A stretch of 64,000 bases of DNA from Paragordius varius (taxonomy: Eukaryota; Animalia; Nematomorpha). The notes beneath the pieces were generated by a model. The model did not search any database, was not told the DNA's origin, and saw only the letters and a program-made list of their open reading frames with translations. Where the stretch lies: positions 15,004,001 to 15,068,000 of the forward strand of contig OZ176051.1 of assembly GCA_964247055.1 (NCBI GenBank), read 5' to 3'. The position numbers and the translations under genes are program-made. Positions 1 through 14,900 of this stretch are shown piece after piece; the first letter of the stretch is position 1, and every line of letters starts with the position of its first letter.

Positions 1-699
1 TTATAATAATTTTGAATATTTATAAGATTTTAAAGAGAGAAAAATATATAAGTTTTGTGGGTTATTAATTAATTTTCATTAAAAACATCTAAGAGTCAAT
101 AATTTCGTTCATTTGAAAAAAATAGTTTAAAAAAAAGTGGTTTTTCAATAAAAAATTATTTTTAAATGAATAAATATATAAAAATAAAGAAAATTAGGTT
201 AAAAAATAATAAAATACATGCAAAAATTATGGTTAAATATTTTAAGGACCAGCTTGAACGTCCAAGGACTAATTGGAATTGAATCTCTTGAATTGTAAAT
301 GGTATAATACCTATTTAGAATAAATTATGGAAAAATTAAATTTAAGAATTAAATATATTTTATTTTTTCTTTTGCCTAATTTCCTATATTTACTGTAAAC
401 AAATTAATTTTAACAAATGAGAAAATGTTATACATTGATCCTTTAGTCATCTATTTCGGGAAATATCAAAGTACCTTAATATCTTTGATCGATATATACC
501 TAAATAGGGGACGTGTTGGCCTGTTGAATTAATTAAGCCTTATTATTATATAAACTTAGATTCTAAGCAATAATTTTCTTAGAATAATATTTTATTATTT
601 GATTAATAACAAAACATCGCCGGGTAGTATAATTAAATAAATAATCATTTATATATATTATCTATAAAGCGCAATCCATGTTTATAATTTATCAAATAT

Positions 700-1320
700 A
701 TCCAAATAGTTATTAAATTAAGTGCATTTGCATTTAAATCAGCCCCTTCTAAAGAAAATAAATGTCAAGTAATGGAAAAAGTATCTTTGTATGTTGCTTC
801 AACTTTCAACATTTCTTATTAAAAATCTTGTAAGAAGCACATATCCAAATATTTCGCAAAAGATAATTTATTTTATTTACACTCAGGTTTTTATTTAATT
901 AAAAAATTATTTTAAATCACCATATTAAAATAAATTGGAACATATATTTTTTGAATTATGGTGTATTTCTGATGTAGCTTAAAAGAATAAAATTTGGTGG
1001 TAAAAAATGTAATTTAATATATCAAGAATTCTTAAACCAAAATATAGGAATGTTGCTAGAAATCAATTTTGTAAACTCCGTTCTTGTTTTAGTGGCCGTT
1101 TCCATGAAATATTTTCTCTCAGAAATATCGAACAACTCATTTTAAATCCAAACTTTTGTTGATAAAAAAAAGAACATTCCAATACCGGATCAGCATCATA
1201 CCTCTTCTTCACAAATCGCAAAACGAACACAAAAGAAACTAAATGTTTTTCATAGCAAAGTAATTCATCCAATAAAACGAAATAGTCCAAGAAAGAGTGG
1301 GAGCCCGGTTGGTCAAACTG
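700..1320 (-). mobile_element. Heavily degenerate piggyBac-like transposase relic
   Basis: Manual multi-frame translation gives LPLFLGLFRFIG*ITL (cf. piggyBac L..FLGL...MG.I.L), GMMLIRYWNVLFF (cf. M.RNRF..IL.F.HF) and FNNYLD (cf. FDNYF). Many stops and frameshifts. Confidence 0.3.
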
Positions 1321-2651
1321 CTGCATTAATTGGGGGTAAAAAATAATTATTAGCTAAAGTAATAGTACAATTAGTTTACCGTAAAAACAATAATTATATT
1401 TTATTTAGCTGATAGACCAAAATACAGACCAGATCGAAAATGGTAAAATTTACAAAATTAATATAAAACTCAATCATAATTTTAGTTATTAAATTTTCAA
1501 AATAATCTAGCCCGGAAATCGTGGATTGATACGGTAGAACTAAACAAGATATTATATTAAAAATTATCAGCTGATATTATATTATATAAATATGATAATG
1601 ATAGGAATGTATCATTTAAAAGCAGGTTGTAATTTTTATAAATAATATTTTAATACTATTAGATACTATGATAATTTTTAATATATTTAGCTCTATTCAA
1701 CTAATACATAAATCAATTTATTCATTCTAAACTTTATATATTACTAAGGGGCAGAGAATGTGATGTATGAAGCCGAAAATTTAGTTACTAGTAAGTTTTT
1801 TTAAATTACTAATATTCTAGACACTGAGATCATAATATACAGAGTAGAAGCAAACATATAAGACTCATAATTTTCTAGGATAAGAATACTTTTAAAATTA
1901 TGAATTTTGACTGGCAAAATATGGAGTATAGATGTATATTGGTGAGAGACTTTATTCAACTATCATTGTTTAAAAGATACCAGTCTTTTTTTTAAATTTA
2001 TTTTTTAATTTTAATATGTTTAATTCTCTTGTATAACTAAAGACACCAGGTTTCTTGGAAGAGGTATGGAAGATATTTATAAATAATTAACGAATAATAC
2101 TAAATCTGCTGAAATATTTAACAGATTTAACCTGTATTTTAAATATTAAGCGGCTGCACAAATCCCACCGTTAAGCCATGTAATGTATACATGTGCCGTT
2201 TTAAAACCAAAATTCTATTAATATATCTGACCAATTTTTTGAGTGTGTTTTACGCTAAATCAATTTGTTTAATAACAATATTTGAAAGGAAAAACAGTTT
2301 ATCATTATTTATATTAATATTAGGAAAATTGGAGATGCATAGTATTATTTATATGTTAAAAGTTAATGAACGATGAAAATAACATTTTAACGTCTAAGTT
2401 TTTAACAAAATAGGCGCTTTCGGCTAAAACTTGAAATAAATAGATAAAAATTAATAAATACACTATTATTTATTGATTTATAAAGTAAAAACATCTTTTT
2501 TGCTCGTTTAACCAATTAGTGGTTTTTAAAAACACATTTTTGTGGTTTAGTAAAATTAAGCTTTTTTAAGTATACCTATCATATGAAACTCTAAGACGAC
2601 TACATTAATTCTAGCCCACAAAGTCAAAATCATTTAACCTTGCGTTGTTAA

Positions 2652-3234
2652 CACTTGGATACAACACACTCATTTTAGTCCTTCGATTCAAATTGGGGTA
2701 GTTGGATACCCCAGGCCTGTTTAAAATTAAATTCTTTAAAAAATATAGAAGGAATCGAAACCATGGCAAAATTTTGCACTTATCTAACATTATTAAACCG
2801 ATATATATAAAAAAATTTTATTCAAAAATACTTGATATTACTTATTTAAAGCTAAAACCGAAACGTAAAAATTTTGTTGACGTGACATGTGTGAAATTGT
2901 AAAATTAAAAAATAAACCAAAATAAACCCCTTTTTCTATTTCTATCAATGTGAGATGTAATTTACATAAAAAATTAGCTTTAGTTTTACCCTTAAAATTA
3001 AATAAATACGATATTTTGCAAAAATTTTGCAAAATAAAAATGGCGTCGAAGTAGTTCGAGATGGAGCTTTTTTTTCAAAACAAAATTTTATCAAGATATT
3101 TTAACATATTTATATAATATTTCTCAGGATAGAAGCATAAATTTAAATTTAGACCGTTTCCTTCAGTAGTTTTTTAAAAATATTAATTTAAATTTAGTCT
3201 GGGGTATTTATATACCCCAATTTGAATCGAAGTG
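2652..3234. mobile_element. TTAA-flanked non-autonomous piggyBac-type MITE, copy 1 (583 bp)
   Basis: TTAA at 2648-2651 and 3235-3238. Ends CACTT...CTTCGATTCAAATTGGGGTA and TACCCCAATTTGAATCGAAGTG. Each end carries a TGGGGTA-N6-TACCCCA palindrome. Close second copy at 57536-58115. Confidence 0.85.
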
Positions 3235-3924
3235 TTAATTAAACAATTGACACATTTTTGTAAATACGGTTTTTACAAAATTTAGGGGTTTTTAGAGGAT
3301 TTTATAGAACTTGGATTTGTTATGATTTCGTGTTTTTTAGAAAATTTTTAATGATTGTTTAAAAAGTTTTATTGTTTTTTTTAATGATTTGTTAAAAAAT
3401 TTTGGTATTTATTAATTTATTGATTTTTGAAAAATTTAAGTGGTTTTTTAAAAAAACTTAGCGCTTTTTAAAAAATTTTACTGGTTTTAGAGAGTTTTAG
3501 TGGTTTTTTTGTGTGTCTTTTTTGGATTATGTTTTCTTTAGAAGAATTTAATGTTCTTAGAAAGTTTAAGCGGTTTTAAATTTTCTTAAATGTTTTAGAA
3601 AGTTTTAGCGTTTATTTGTTCCAATACCTCTGTAAAATTATAATTTTAGCTAGATTTAGATTTTAAAAAATAAATCGGATTCCATAATAAACGATTAATC
3701 CCCCCCTAACGTAAACCACAAACTCGAAAATTTTATTGAAAACTTTATAATAAGCCATAAAATCCTAATGTATATATTGACAAAGATTCCGGTTTTTAAA
3801 TAAACTCTTAATTCAAATCAATTGTTAACTATACGGTTTTTATAACTCTTAATTCAAAATCAATTATTAACTATAAGAAAATTCACAATTATCAAAGATA
3901 AGCGTTTTATAAAGAAATTAAAAA

Positions 3925-4041
3925 GAAATGCTTGGGTCTCGGCCTGCTTCGCAGCCCGAGGAAGTCCTGCGGACTTCTTTAAGAAAATGAACCAACTCCA
4001 ATCCCTCACCCTAACCCTAGCCCACAAACTCGAAGCCCTTA
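3925..4041 (-). repeat. ~117-bp G4/twin-hairpin dispersed element (copy A)
   Basis: Reverse complement nearly identical to 19532-19648. Confidence 0.9.
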
Positions 4042-6957
4042 AAGTTGACCTTATACATTGTAATAATATTGCAAATATTCCGAAATCTTGTCCATTAAAA
4101 AACATACATTATAGGATTTACACATGGAAGAGAAAATATTAAACATTATTGTTTTGTATTCCAACAAATGTTTGCCATTAGAATAAAAAATTTAGGATAT
4201 TTTAAGATCAAGAACCACTAAATTTAAGAGAAAAAATAAAATTATACATACTCAAAGATATTCTGAAAAATTAAATTAAAGTATATACAATGATTGATAA
4301 AAATTAATTAAAAGACAATGTGTTGAAGACATGTAATACAAAAGGGTCAAGATGTAGATAGCAAAATCATAAAACATTTCAAAGCTTTTTTTTGATAAAA
4401 ACAAATCAAAAGAAAGGTCCAATGTTAAGTACATTTTTCTTATTTATTCAAGTCCACTGTAAATAAAAAACAAATTTAAGTGTTTAACCATATATTAATT
4501 GGGTGGGTCATTTATTTAAAATACGACAAAGAAATAAATTTAAATGGTTCAAAACATTTTTATAATTAACATTTCCCTCTCTCATAATTAGTAACAATGT
4601 TAAAGAATTAAAAATTCAAAGAAGAGATGAAAACTATTCAAATAAAATGCATAATTATATTGAAAAGTAATGAAAAATATATACTTAAATAGTTTAACAG
4701 ATATGGCAGCCAGCAATCAAGAGGCTACACTATTGTTTCCTAAAAATAAGATATAAAGTTAAATACTAAATCATCATTTAAAATATATATGGTAAGGATG
4801 TAAAATATAAATATCTTCTTTAAAAAAGAACTAACTGATCAATAAAAATGGTTTTTTTATTTTGCAATAAAAATTAAAGGGACAATTATAACTTTATGTA
4901 AAGATTTTTGATAAAAATTAATAATTAGTAAAAAAGCGAGCTTTGCAGTTTAAAGTTTGAAAACTTTAATAAAAAAGTTTTATAAATTTAAAATGAGATT
5001 ATCAAACTTTTGCGGTTAAATATATTATAACTAAAAATCAGTTGATTTTGTAAAAAATAAGGTTTAAAAGGTTTATACTTTAAATTTGGCCGTTAATTAG
5101 AATAAAAACCTAATCTTGGCTAAATAATTATCTATTTTTTAACTAAATAAGGTGTATTATCAAAACTACTGATTAAATGAAAAAAATCATTATTTTTGTT
5201 CAATTTTATCAGCTGATTAAATTTGTTTCAACCGTTTTTGGGGTTATAAGCCATGTTTTTAAATAAATTGTTTTTTCATATAATAAAACATTATTAATAT
5301 CAACTAATTAATTAATCTATTATAAAATATTATTATTAACCAATGTATGTTTTAAAAATTAATAATTTATATATAATTACCAAGTCCATCCATAATATTC
5401 AATTAAGCTTTTTCATTACGTTTCGTTAGCGTTTTTGAGTAGCAAATTTTGGAAACAACACATTTATCTATATCAAAATAAAGAAAAATGTAAAATAATT
5501 GATGATTTAAACGTTTCAAAAATAATGAATAAAAAAAATTTTTTCATAAAATGAATAAAATTTATTCTAAAATTTATTATTCAAAACAATTTCCAGCTGG
5601 TTAAATAAATTAGTTTGCCAAGTTGTTTTAATGTTAATGTTTAAAAGTAAAAACAATTGATTAAATAAACCAAGTGATTAAACAGATAAAAAGCAATTTA
5701 TATACATAAAAACAATCGATAAACATATTAATTATTTAACACATGAAACAAAACTTATAAAAACAACTAAATAAATAAAACAATTAATTGGTGGTTCATA
5801 ATTAAAAATTGATTAAACAAATAAAATGCAAATAATTACCCAATCCCCAAATATTCTAGCTATAATTTTCTTTATTAGTTTTGCGCAAATAATTGAGGCA
5901 ACATATTCTAAATTAAAAAAATAAAACATTATTAACATTAAGAGTTTTTTTAAAAAAACACTATTAAATGGTTAATAATCGGTTAAAATAATGTAATTCA
6001 TAAAATCAACAGTTGTGGCGTGTTTTTGCGAAAAATTTCAATAATTCTGCAGTTTTGAGAAAATTTAGCGGTTTTTAGAAAATTTTAGCGGTTTTTTTAA
6101 AAAATATTCATGTCTTTTTTTAAAAATAGCAGTAAGCGCATTTTTTGATTTAAAAATCATTAAAGCCCTTTTTAAAAAAAGTTAGCCTTTTTTAGTTTAG
6201 TAGTTTTTGGAAAATTTTTATAATTGTTTTATTTAAAAAAAATCACTATTTTAAAGTGGTTTTTAGTTGGTTTTAGCGGTTTTTAAGGATTTTAACGGTT
6301 TTGAGAAAGTTTTAGGAAATAATTTATTTAGTGCAAAACTAAACAGCTGACTTTTGCGGTTTTATATTGAATTCTTTTATAAAATAATTTAAAAAAATTT
6401 AAATTTGTAAAAATTAGCATTTTTAGTAAAAATCATTTATAATAATAATTAACTGCAAAATTTTAAAAAATAAATTGTTTAAAAAAGTGTAAATAATTAC
6501 CATATATTATGAAGAAAATTCAAGGTAACGATCTTCTTTTCGATTCCTTTCAGTTTATGCGGAAATTAAGGCAAATGTTCTAAATTAAATTATGGAATAA
6601 ATATATATAATCTGTTTGAGATGTGTTACATTATATTAATATATAAGGTTGATTTCCACGAAAAACGCCATTAAAAATGTTTAAACTTTCCCATTAAATA
6701 TTAAGTATCTTTGAAAACTCAATTGGCTTTAAGAATTTTAATTAAAATTAATAAAAATAACAATTTTTTAAGAGTGTCCTATTTGCTTTCAATATTTCTA
6801 AAACTAAATCCTTTCACCTCTTTTTTTGTATAAAATGATATATTATTTAATTTCTATATATTAAGAAACTAAATGTTTTAAACCATATAAATGTTTCAAA
6901 ATAATAATCAATAAGTTTTAAACCTATAAATAAATATAACTGTATAAAAACATGGGA

Positions 6958-9900
6958 TTAATAAAAACAACTGATTAATTAAAACAAATGTTTATTTAAA
7001 ACAACTGATTAATTAAAACAAATGTTTATTTAAAACAACTGATTAATTAAACAACTGATTAATTAAACAGCTGATTAATTAAATCAACTGATTAATTAAA
7101 CAACTGATTAATTAAACAACTGATTAATTAAATCAACTGATTAATAAAAACAACTGATTAATAAAAACAAATGATTAATTAAAACAACTGATTAATTAAA
7201 ACAAATGATTAATTAAAACAAATGATTAATTAAAACAAATGATTAATTAAAACAAATGATTAATAAAAACAACTGATTAATAAAAAGAACTGATTAATAA
7301 AAATTGATTAATAAAAAGAAATGATTAAATAAAACAACTGATTAAATAAAACAACTGATTAATTAAAACAACTGATTAATTAAAACAAATGATTAATTAA
7401 AACAACTGATTAATTAAAACAAATGATTAATTAAAACAAATGATTAATTAAAACAACTGATTAATTAAATCAACTGATTAATAAAAACAACTGATTAATA
7501 AAAACAAATGATTAATTAAAACAACTGATTAATTAAATCAACTGATTAATTAAAACAAATGATTAATTAAAACAACTGATTAATTAAAACAAATGATTAA
7601 TAAAAACAACTGATTAATAAAAACAACTGATTAATAAAAATTGATTAATAAAAAGAAATGATTAAATAAAACAACTGATTAAATAAAACAACTGATTAAT
7701 TAAAACAACTGATTAATTAAATCAACTGATTAATAAAAACAACTGATTAATAAAAACAAATGATTAATTAAAACAACTGATTAATTAAAACAAATGATTA
7801 ATTAAAACAAATGATTAATTAAAACAAATGATTAATTAAAACAAATGATTAATAAAAACAACTGATTAATAAAAACAACTGATTAATAAAAATTGATTAA
7901 TAAAAAGAAATGATTAAATAAAACAACTGATTAAATAAAACAACTGATTAATTAAAACAACTGATTAATTAAAACAAATGATTAATTAAAACAACTGATT
8001 AATTAAAACAAATGATTAATTAAAACAAATGATTAATTAAAACAACTGATTAATTAAATCAACTGATTAATAAAAACAACTGATTAATAAAAACAAATGA
8101 TTAATTAAAACAACTGATTAATTAAATCAACTGATTAATTAAAACAAATGATTAATTAAAACAACTGATTAATTAAAACAAATGATTAATAAAAACAACT
8201 GATTAATAAAAACAACTGATTAATAAAAATTGATTAATAAAAAGAAATGATTAAATAAAACAACTGATTAAATAAAACAACTGATTAATTAAAACAACTG
8301 ATTAATTAAAACAAATGATTAATTAAAACAACTGATTAATTAAAACAAATGATTAATTAAAACAAATGATTAATTAAAACAACTGATTAATTAAATCAAC
8401 TGATTAATAAAAACAACTGATTAATAAAAACAAATGATTAATTAAAACAACTGATTAATTAAAACAAATGATTAATTAAAACAAATGATTAATTAAAACA
8501 AATGATTAATTAAAACAAATGATTAATAAAAACAACTGATTAATAAAAACAACTGATTAATAAAAATTGATTAATAAAAAGAAATGATTAAATAAAACAA
8601 CTGATTAAATAAAACAACTGATTAATTAAAACAACTGATTAATTAAAACAAATGATTAATTAAAACAACTGATTAATTAAAACAAATGATTAATTAAAAC
8701 AAATGATTAATTAAAACAACTGATTAATTAAATCAACTGATTAATAAAAACAACTGATTAATAAAAACAAATGATTAATTAAAACAACTGATTAATTAAA
8801 ACAAATGATTAATTAAAACAAATGATTAATTAAAACAAATGATTAATTAAAACAAATGATTAATAAAAACAACTGATTAATAAAAACAACTGATTAATAA
8901 AAACAAATGATTAATAAAAACAACTGATTAATTAAAACAACTGATTAATTAAAACAAATGATTAATTAAAACAAATGATTAATTAAAACAAATGATTAAT
9001 AAAAACAACTGATTAATAAAAACAACTGATTAATAAAAATTGATTAATAAAAAGAAATGATTAAATAAAACAACTGATTAAATAAAACAACTGATTAATT
9101 AAAACAAATGATTAATTAAAACAACTGATTAATTAAAACAAATGATTAATTAAAACAAATGATTAATTAAAACAACTGATTAATTAAATCAACTGATTAA
9201 TAAAAACAACTGATTAATTAAATCAACTGATTAATAAAAACAACTGATTAATAAAAACAAATGATTAATTAAAACAACTGATTAATTAAAACAAATGATT
9301 AATTAAAACAAATGATTAATTAAAACAAATGATTAATTAAAACAAATGATTAATAAAAACAACTGATTAATAAAAACAACTGATTAATAAAAATTGATTA
9401 ATAAAAAGAAATGATTAAATAAAACAACTGATTAAATAAAACAACTGATTAATTAAAACAAATGATTAATTAAAACAACTGATTAATTAAAACAAATGAT
9501 TAATTAAAACAAATGATTAATTAAAACAACTGATTAATTAAATCAACTGATTAATAAAAACAACTGATTAATAAAAACAACTGATTAATAAAAACAACTG
9601 ATTAATAAAAATTGATTAATAAAAAGAAATGATTAAATAAAACAACTGATTAAATAAAACAACTGATTAATTAAAACAACTGATTAATTAAAACAACTGA
9701 TTAATTAAAACAAATGATTAATTAAAACAAATGATTAATTAAAACAAATGATTAATTAAAACAAATGATTAATTAAAACAAATGATTAATAAAAACAATT
9801 GATTAATAAAAAGAAATGATTAAATAAAACAACTGATTAAATAAAACAACTGATTAATAAAAACAACTGATTAATAAAAACAACTGATTAATAAAAACAA

Positions 9901-11988
9901 CTGATTAATAAAAACAAATGATTAATTAAAACAACTGATTAATTAAAACAAATGATTAATAAAAACAACTGATTAATAAAAACAACTGATTAATAAAAAT
10001 TGATTAATAAAAAGAAATGATTAAATAAAACAACTGATTAAATAAAACAACTGATTAATTAAAACAACTGATTAATTAAAACAAATGATTAATTAAAACA
10101 AATGATTAATAAAAACAACTGATTAATAAAAACAACTGATTAATAAAAACAAATGATTAATTAAAACAAATGATTAATTAAAACAAATGATTAATAAAAA
10201 CAACTGATTAATAAAAACAAATGATTAATTAAAACAACTGATTAATTAAAACAACTGATTAATTAAAACAAATGATTAATTAAAACAAATGATTAATTAA
10301 AACAAATGATTAATAAAAACAACTGATTAATAAAAACAACTGATTAATAAAAATTGATTAATAAAAAGAAATGATTAAATAAAACAACTGATTAAATAAA
10401 ACAACTGATTAATTAAAACAACTGATTAATTAAAACAAATGATTAATTAAAACAACTGATTAATTAAAACAAATGATTAATTAAAACAAATGATTAATTA
10501 AAACAAATGATTAATTAAAACAAATGATTAATTAAAACAAATGATTAATAAAAACAACTGATTAATAAAAACAACTGATTAATAAAAATTGATTAATAAA
10601 AAGAAATGATTAAATAAAACAACTGATTAAATAAAACAACTGATTAATTAAAACAACTGATTAATTAAAACAAATGATTAATTAAAACAACTGATTAATT
10701 AAAACAACTGATTAATTAAATCAACTGATTAATTAAATCAACTGATTAATTAAAACAAATGATTAATTAAAACAAATGATTAATTAAAACAAATGATTAA
10801 TAAAAACAACTGATTAATAAAAATTGATTAATAAAAATTGATTAATAAAAAGAAATGATTAAATAAAACAACTGATTAATTAAAACAACTGATTAATTAA
10901 AACAAATGATTAATTAAAACAACTGATTAATTAAAACAACTGATTAATTAAATCAACTGATTAATTAAAACAAATGATTAATTAAAACAAATGATTAATT
11001 AAAACAAATGATTAATAAAAACAACTGACTAATAAAAACAACTGATTAATAAAAATTGATTAATAAAAAGAAATGATTAAATAAAACAACTGATTAAATA
11101 AAACAACTGATTAATTAAAACAAATGATTAATTAAAACAAATGATTAATTAAAACAAATGATTAATTAAAACAAATGATTAATAAAAACAACTGATTAAT
11201 AAAAACAACTGATTAATAAAAATTGATTAATAAAAATTGATTAATAAAAAGAAATGATTAAATAAAACAACTGATTAAATAAAACAACTGATTAATTAAA
11301 ACAACTGATTAATTAAAACAAATGATTAATTAAAACAACTGATTAATTAAAACAACTGATTAATTAAATCAACTGATTAATTAAAACAAATGATTAATTA
11401 AAACAAATGATTAATTAAAACAAATGATTAATAAAAACAACTGATTAATAAAAATTGATTAATAAAAAGAAATGATTAAATAAAACAACTGATTAATTAA
11501 AACAACTGATTAATTAAAACAAATGATTAATTAAAACAAATGATTAATAAAAACAAATGATTAATAAAAACAACTGATTAATAAAAACAACTGATTAATA
11601 AAAATTGATTAATAAAAAGAAATGATTAAATAAAACAACTGATTAAATAAAACAACTGATTAATTAAAACAACTGATTAATTAAAACAACTGATTAATTA
11701 AAACAACTGATTAATTAAATCAACTGATTAATTAAAACAAATGATTAATTAAAACAAATGATTAATTAAAACAAATGATTAATTAAAACAAATGATTAAT
11801 AAAAACAACTGATTAATAAAAATTGATTAATAAAAATTGATTAATAAAAATTGATTAATAAAAAGAAATGATTAAATAAAACAACTGATTAATTAAAACA
11901 ACTGATTAATTAAAACAACTGATTAATTAAAACAACTGATTAATTAAATCAACTGTTTAATAAAAACAACTGATTAATAAAAACAAAA
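6958..11988. repeat. Satellite 1: ~17-bp monomer AAAACAA(C/A)TGATTAATT with higher-order structure
   Basis: About 5 kb of continuous tandem 17-bp units. A recurrent variant block (14-bp AAAAATTGATTAAT + AAAAAGAAATGATTAAAT) returns at roughly 250-340 bp spacing in the left part. Confidence 0.98.
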
Positions 11989-11989
11989 A

Positions 11990-14900
11990 TTTAACCTTTT
12001 TTAGAACTTTTAGCGTATTTTGATGAAAATTTACCTTATTTTTTAGAATTTTTAGCGTATTTTAATGGAAATTAAACCTTATCTTTTTTTAATTTTTAGG
12101 GTATTTTTTAGAATTTTTGGCGTATTTTTTAGAATATTTAGCGTATTTATTAGAAATTTAACCTTATTTTTTAGAAATTTTAGCGTATTTTAATGAGAAT
12201 TTAGCTTTATTTTTAGAATTTTTGGCGTATTTTTTAGAATTTTTAAGGTATTTTTTAGAATATTTAGCGTATTTTTTAGAATTTTTAGGGTATTTTTTAG
12301 AATTTTTAGCGTATTTTAATGAGAATCTAACCTTATTTTTTAGAATTTTTAGCGTATTTTAATGAGAATTTAACCTTATTTTTTAGAATTTTTAGCGTAT
12401 TTTTTATAATTTTTAGCGTATTTTGATGGAAATTTAACCTTATTTTTTAGAATTTTTAGGGTATTTTTTAGAACTTTTAGGGTATTTTTTAGAACTTTTA
12501 GCGTATTTTAATGAGAATTTAACCTTATTTTTTAGAATTTTTTGGGTATTTTTTAGAATTTTTAGCGTATTTTAATGAGAATTTAGCCTTATTTTTTAGG
12601 ATTTTTAGCGTATTTTAATGAGATTTTAGCCTTATTTTTTAGAATTTTTAGCGCATTTTAATGAGAATTTAGCCTTATTTTTTAGAATTTTTAGCGTATT
12701 TTAAAGAGATTTTAGCCTTATTTTTTAGGATTTTTAGCGTATTTTAATGAGAGTTTAGCCTTATTTTTTAGAATTTTTACGGTATTTTTTGGAATTTTTA
12801 GCGTATTTTAATGGAAAATTAACCTTACTTTTTAGAATTTTTACGGTATTTTTTAGAATTTTTAGCGTATTTTTTATAATTTTTAGCGTATTTTGATGGA
12901 AATTTAACCTTATTTTTTGGAATTTTTAGCGTATTTTAATGGAAAATTAACCTTACTTTTTAGAATTTTTACGGTATTTTTTAGAATTTTTAGCGTATTT
13001 TTTATAATTTTTAGCGTATTTTGATGGAAATTTAACCTTATTTTTTAGAATTTTTAGGGTATTTTTTAGAACTTTTAGCGTATTTTAATGAGAATTTAGC
13101 CTTATTTTTTAGGATTTTTAGCGCATTTTTTAGAATTTTTAGCGTATTTTAATGAGAATTTAGCCTTATTTTTTAGGATTTTTAGCGTATTTTAATGAGA
13201 ATTTAGCCTTATTTTTTAGAATTTTTACGGTATTTTTTGGAATTTTTAGCGTATTTTAATGGAAAATTAACCTTACTTTTTAGAATTTTTACGGTATTTT
13301 TTAGAATTTTTAGCGCATTTTAATGAGAATTTAGCCTTATTTTTTAGGATTTTTAGCGTATTTTAATGAGAATTTAGCCTTATTTTTTAGAATTTTTACG
13401 GTATTTTTTGGAATTTTTAGCGTATTTTAATGGAAAATTAACCTTACTTTTTAGAATTTTTACGGTATTTTTTATAATTTTTAGCGTATTTTGATGGAAA
13501 TTTAACCTTATTTTTTAGAATTTTTAGGGTATTTTTTAGAATTTTTAGGGTATTTTTTAGAACTTTTAGCGTATTTTAATGAGAATTTAGCCTTATTTTT
13601 TAGGATTTTTAGCGCATTTTTTAGAATTTTTAGCGTATTTTAATGAGAATTTAGCCTTATTTTTTAGGATTTTTAGCGTATTTTAATGAGAATTTAGCCT
13701 TATTTTTTAGAATTTTTACGGTATTTTTTGGAATTTTTAGCGTATTTTAATGGAAAATTAACCTTACTTTTTAGAATTTTTACGGTATTTTTTAGAATTT
13801 TTAGCGCATTTTAATGAGAATTTAGCCTTATTTTTTAGGATTTTTAGCGTATTTTAATGAGAATTTAGCCTTATTTTTTAGAATTTTTACGGTATTTTTT
13901 AGAATTTTTAGCGTATTTTAATGGAAAATTAACCTTACTTTTTAGAATTTTTACGGTATTTTTTATAATTTTTAGCGTATTTTTTGTAATTTTTAGCGTA
14001 TTTTGATGGAAATTTAACCTTATTTTTTAGGATTTTTGGGGTATTTTTTAGAATTTTTAGCGTATTTTAATGAAAATTTAGCCTTATTTTTTAGAATTTT
14101 TAGCGTATTTTAATGAGAATTTAGCCTTATTTTTTAGAATTTTTACGGTATTTTTTGGAATTTTTAGCGTATTTTAATGGAAAATTAACCTTACTTTTTA
14201 GAATTTTTAGCGTATTTTTTATAATTTTTAGCGTATTTTGATGGAAATTTAACCTTATTTTTTAGAATTTTTACGGTATTTTTTAGAATTTTTAGCGTAT
14301 TTTTTATAATTTTTAGCGTATTTTTTATAATTTTTAGCGTATTTTGATGGAAATTTAACCTTATTTTTTAGAATTTTTAGGGTATTTTTTAGAACTTTTA
14401 GCGTATTTTAATGAGAATTTAGCCTTATTTTTTAGGATTTTTAGCGCATTTTTTAGAATTTTTAGCGTATTTTAATGAGATTTTAGCCTTATTTTTTAGA
14501 ATTTTTAGCGTATTTTAATGAGAATTTAGCCTTATTTTTTAGAATTTTTAGCGTATTTTAATGAGATTTTAGCCTTATTTTTTAGGATTTAGCGTATTTT
14601 ATGAGAATTTAGCCTTATTTTTTAGAATTTTTACGGTATTTTTTGGAATTTTTAGCGTATTTTAATGGAAAATTAACCTTACTTTTTAGAATTTTTACGG
14701 TATTTTTTATAATTTTTAGCGTATTTTTTGTAATTTTTAGCGTATTTTGATGGAAATTTAACCTTATTTTTTAGGATTTTTGGGGTATTTTTTAGAATTT
14801 TTAGCGTATTTTAATGAAAATTTAGCCTTATTTTTTAGAATTTTTAGCGTATTTTAATGAGAATTTAGCCTTATTTTTTAGAATTTTTACGGTATTTTTT

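Noticed and set aside
6958-11988. CRISPR-like regular repeats
   Set aside because: No unique spacers, no cas genes, eukaryotic context; this is a plain satellite.
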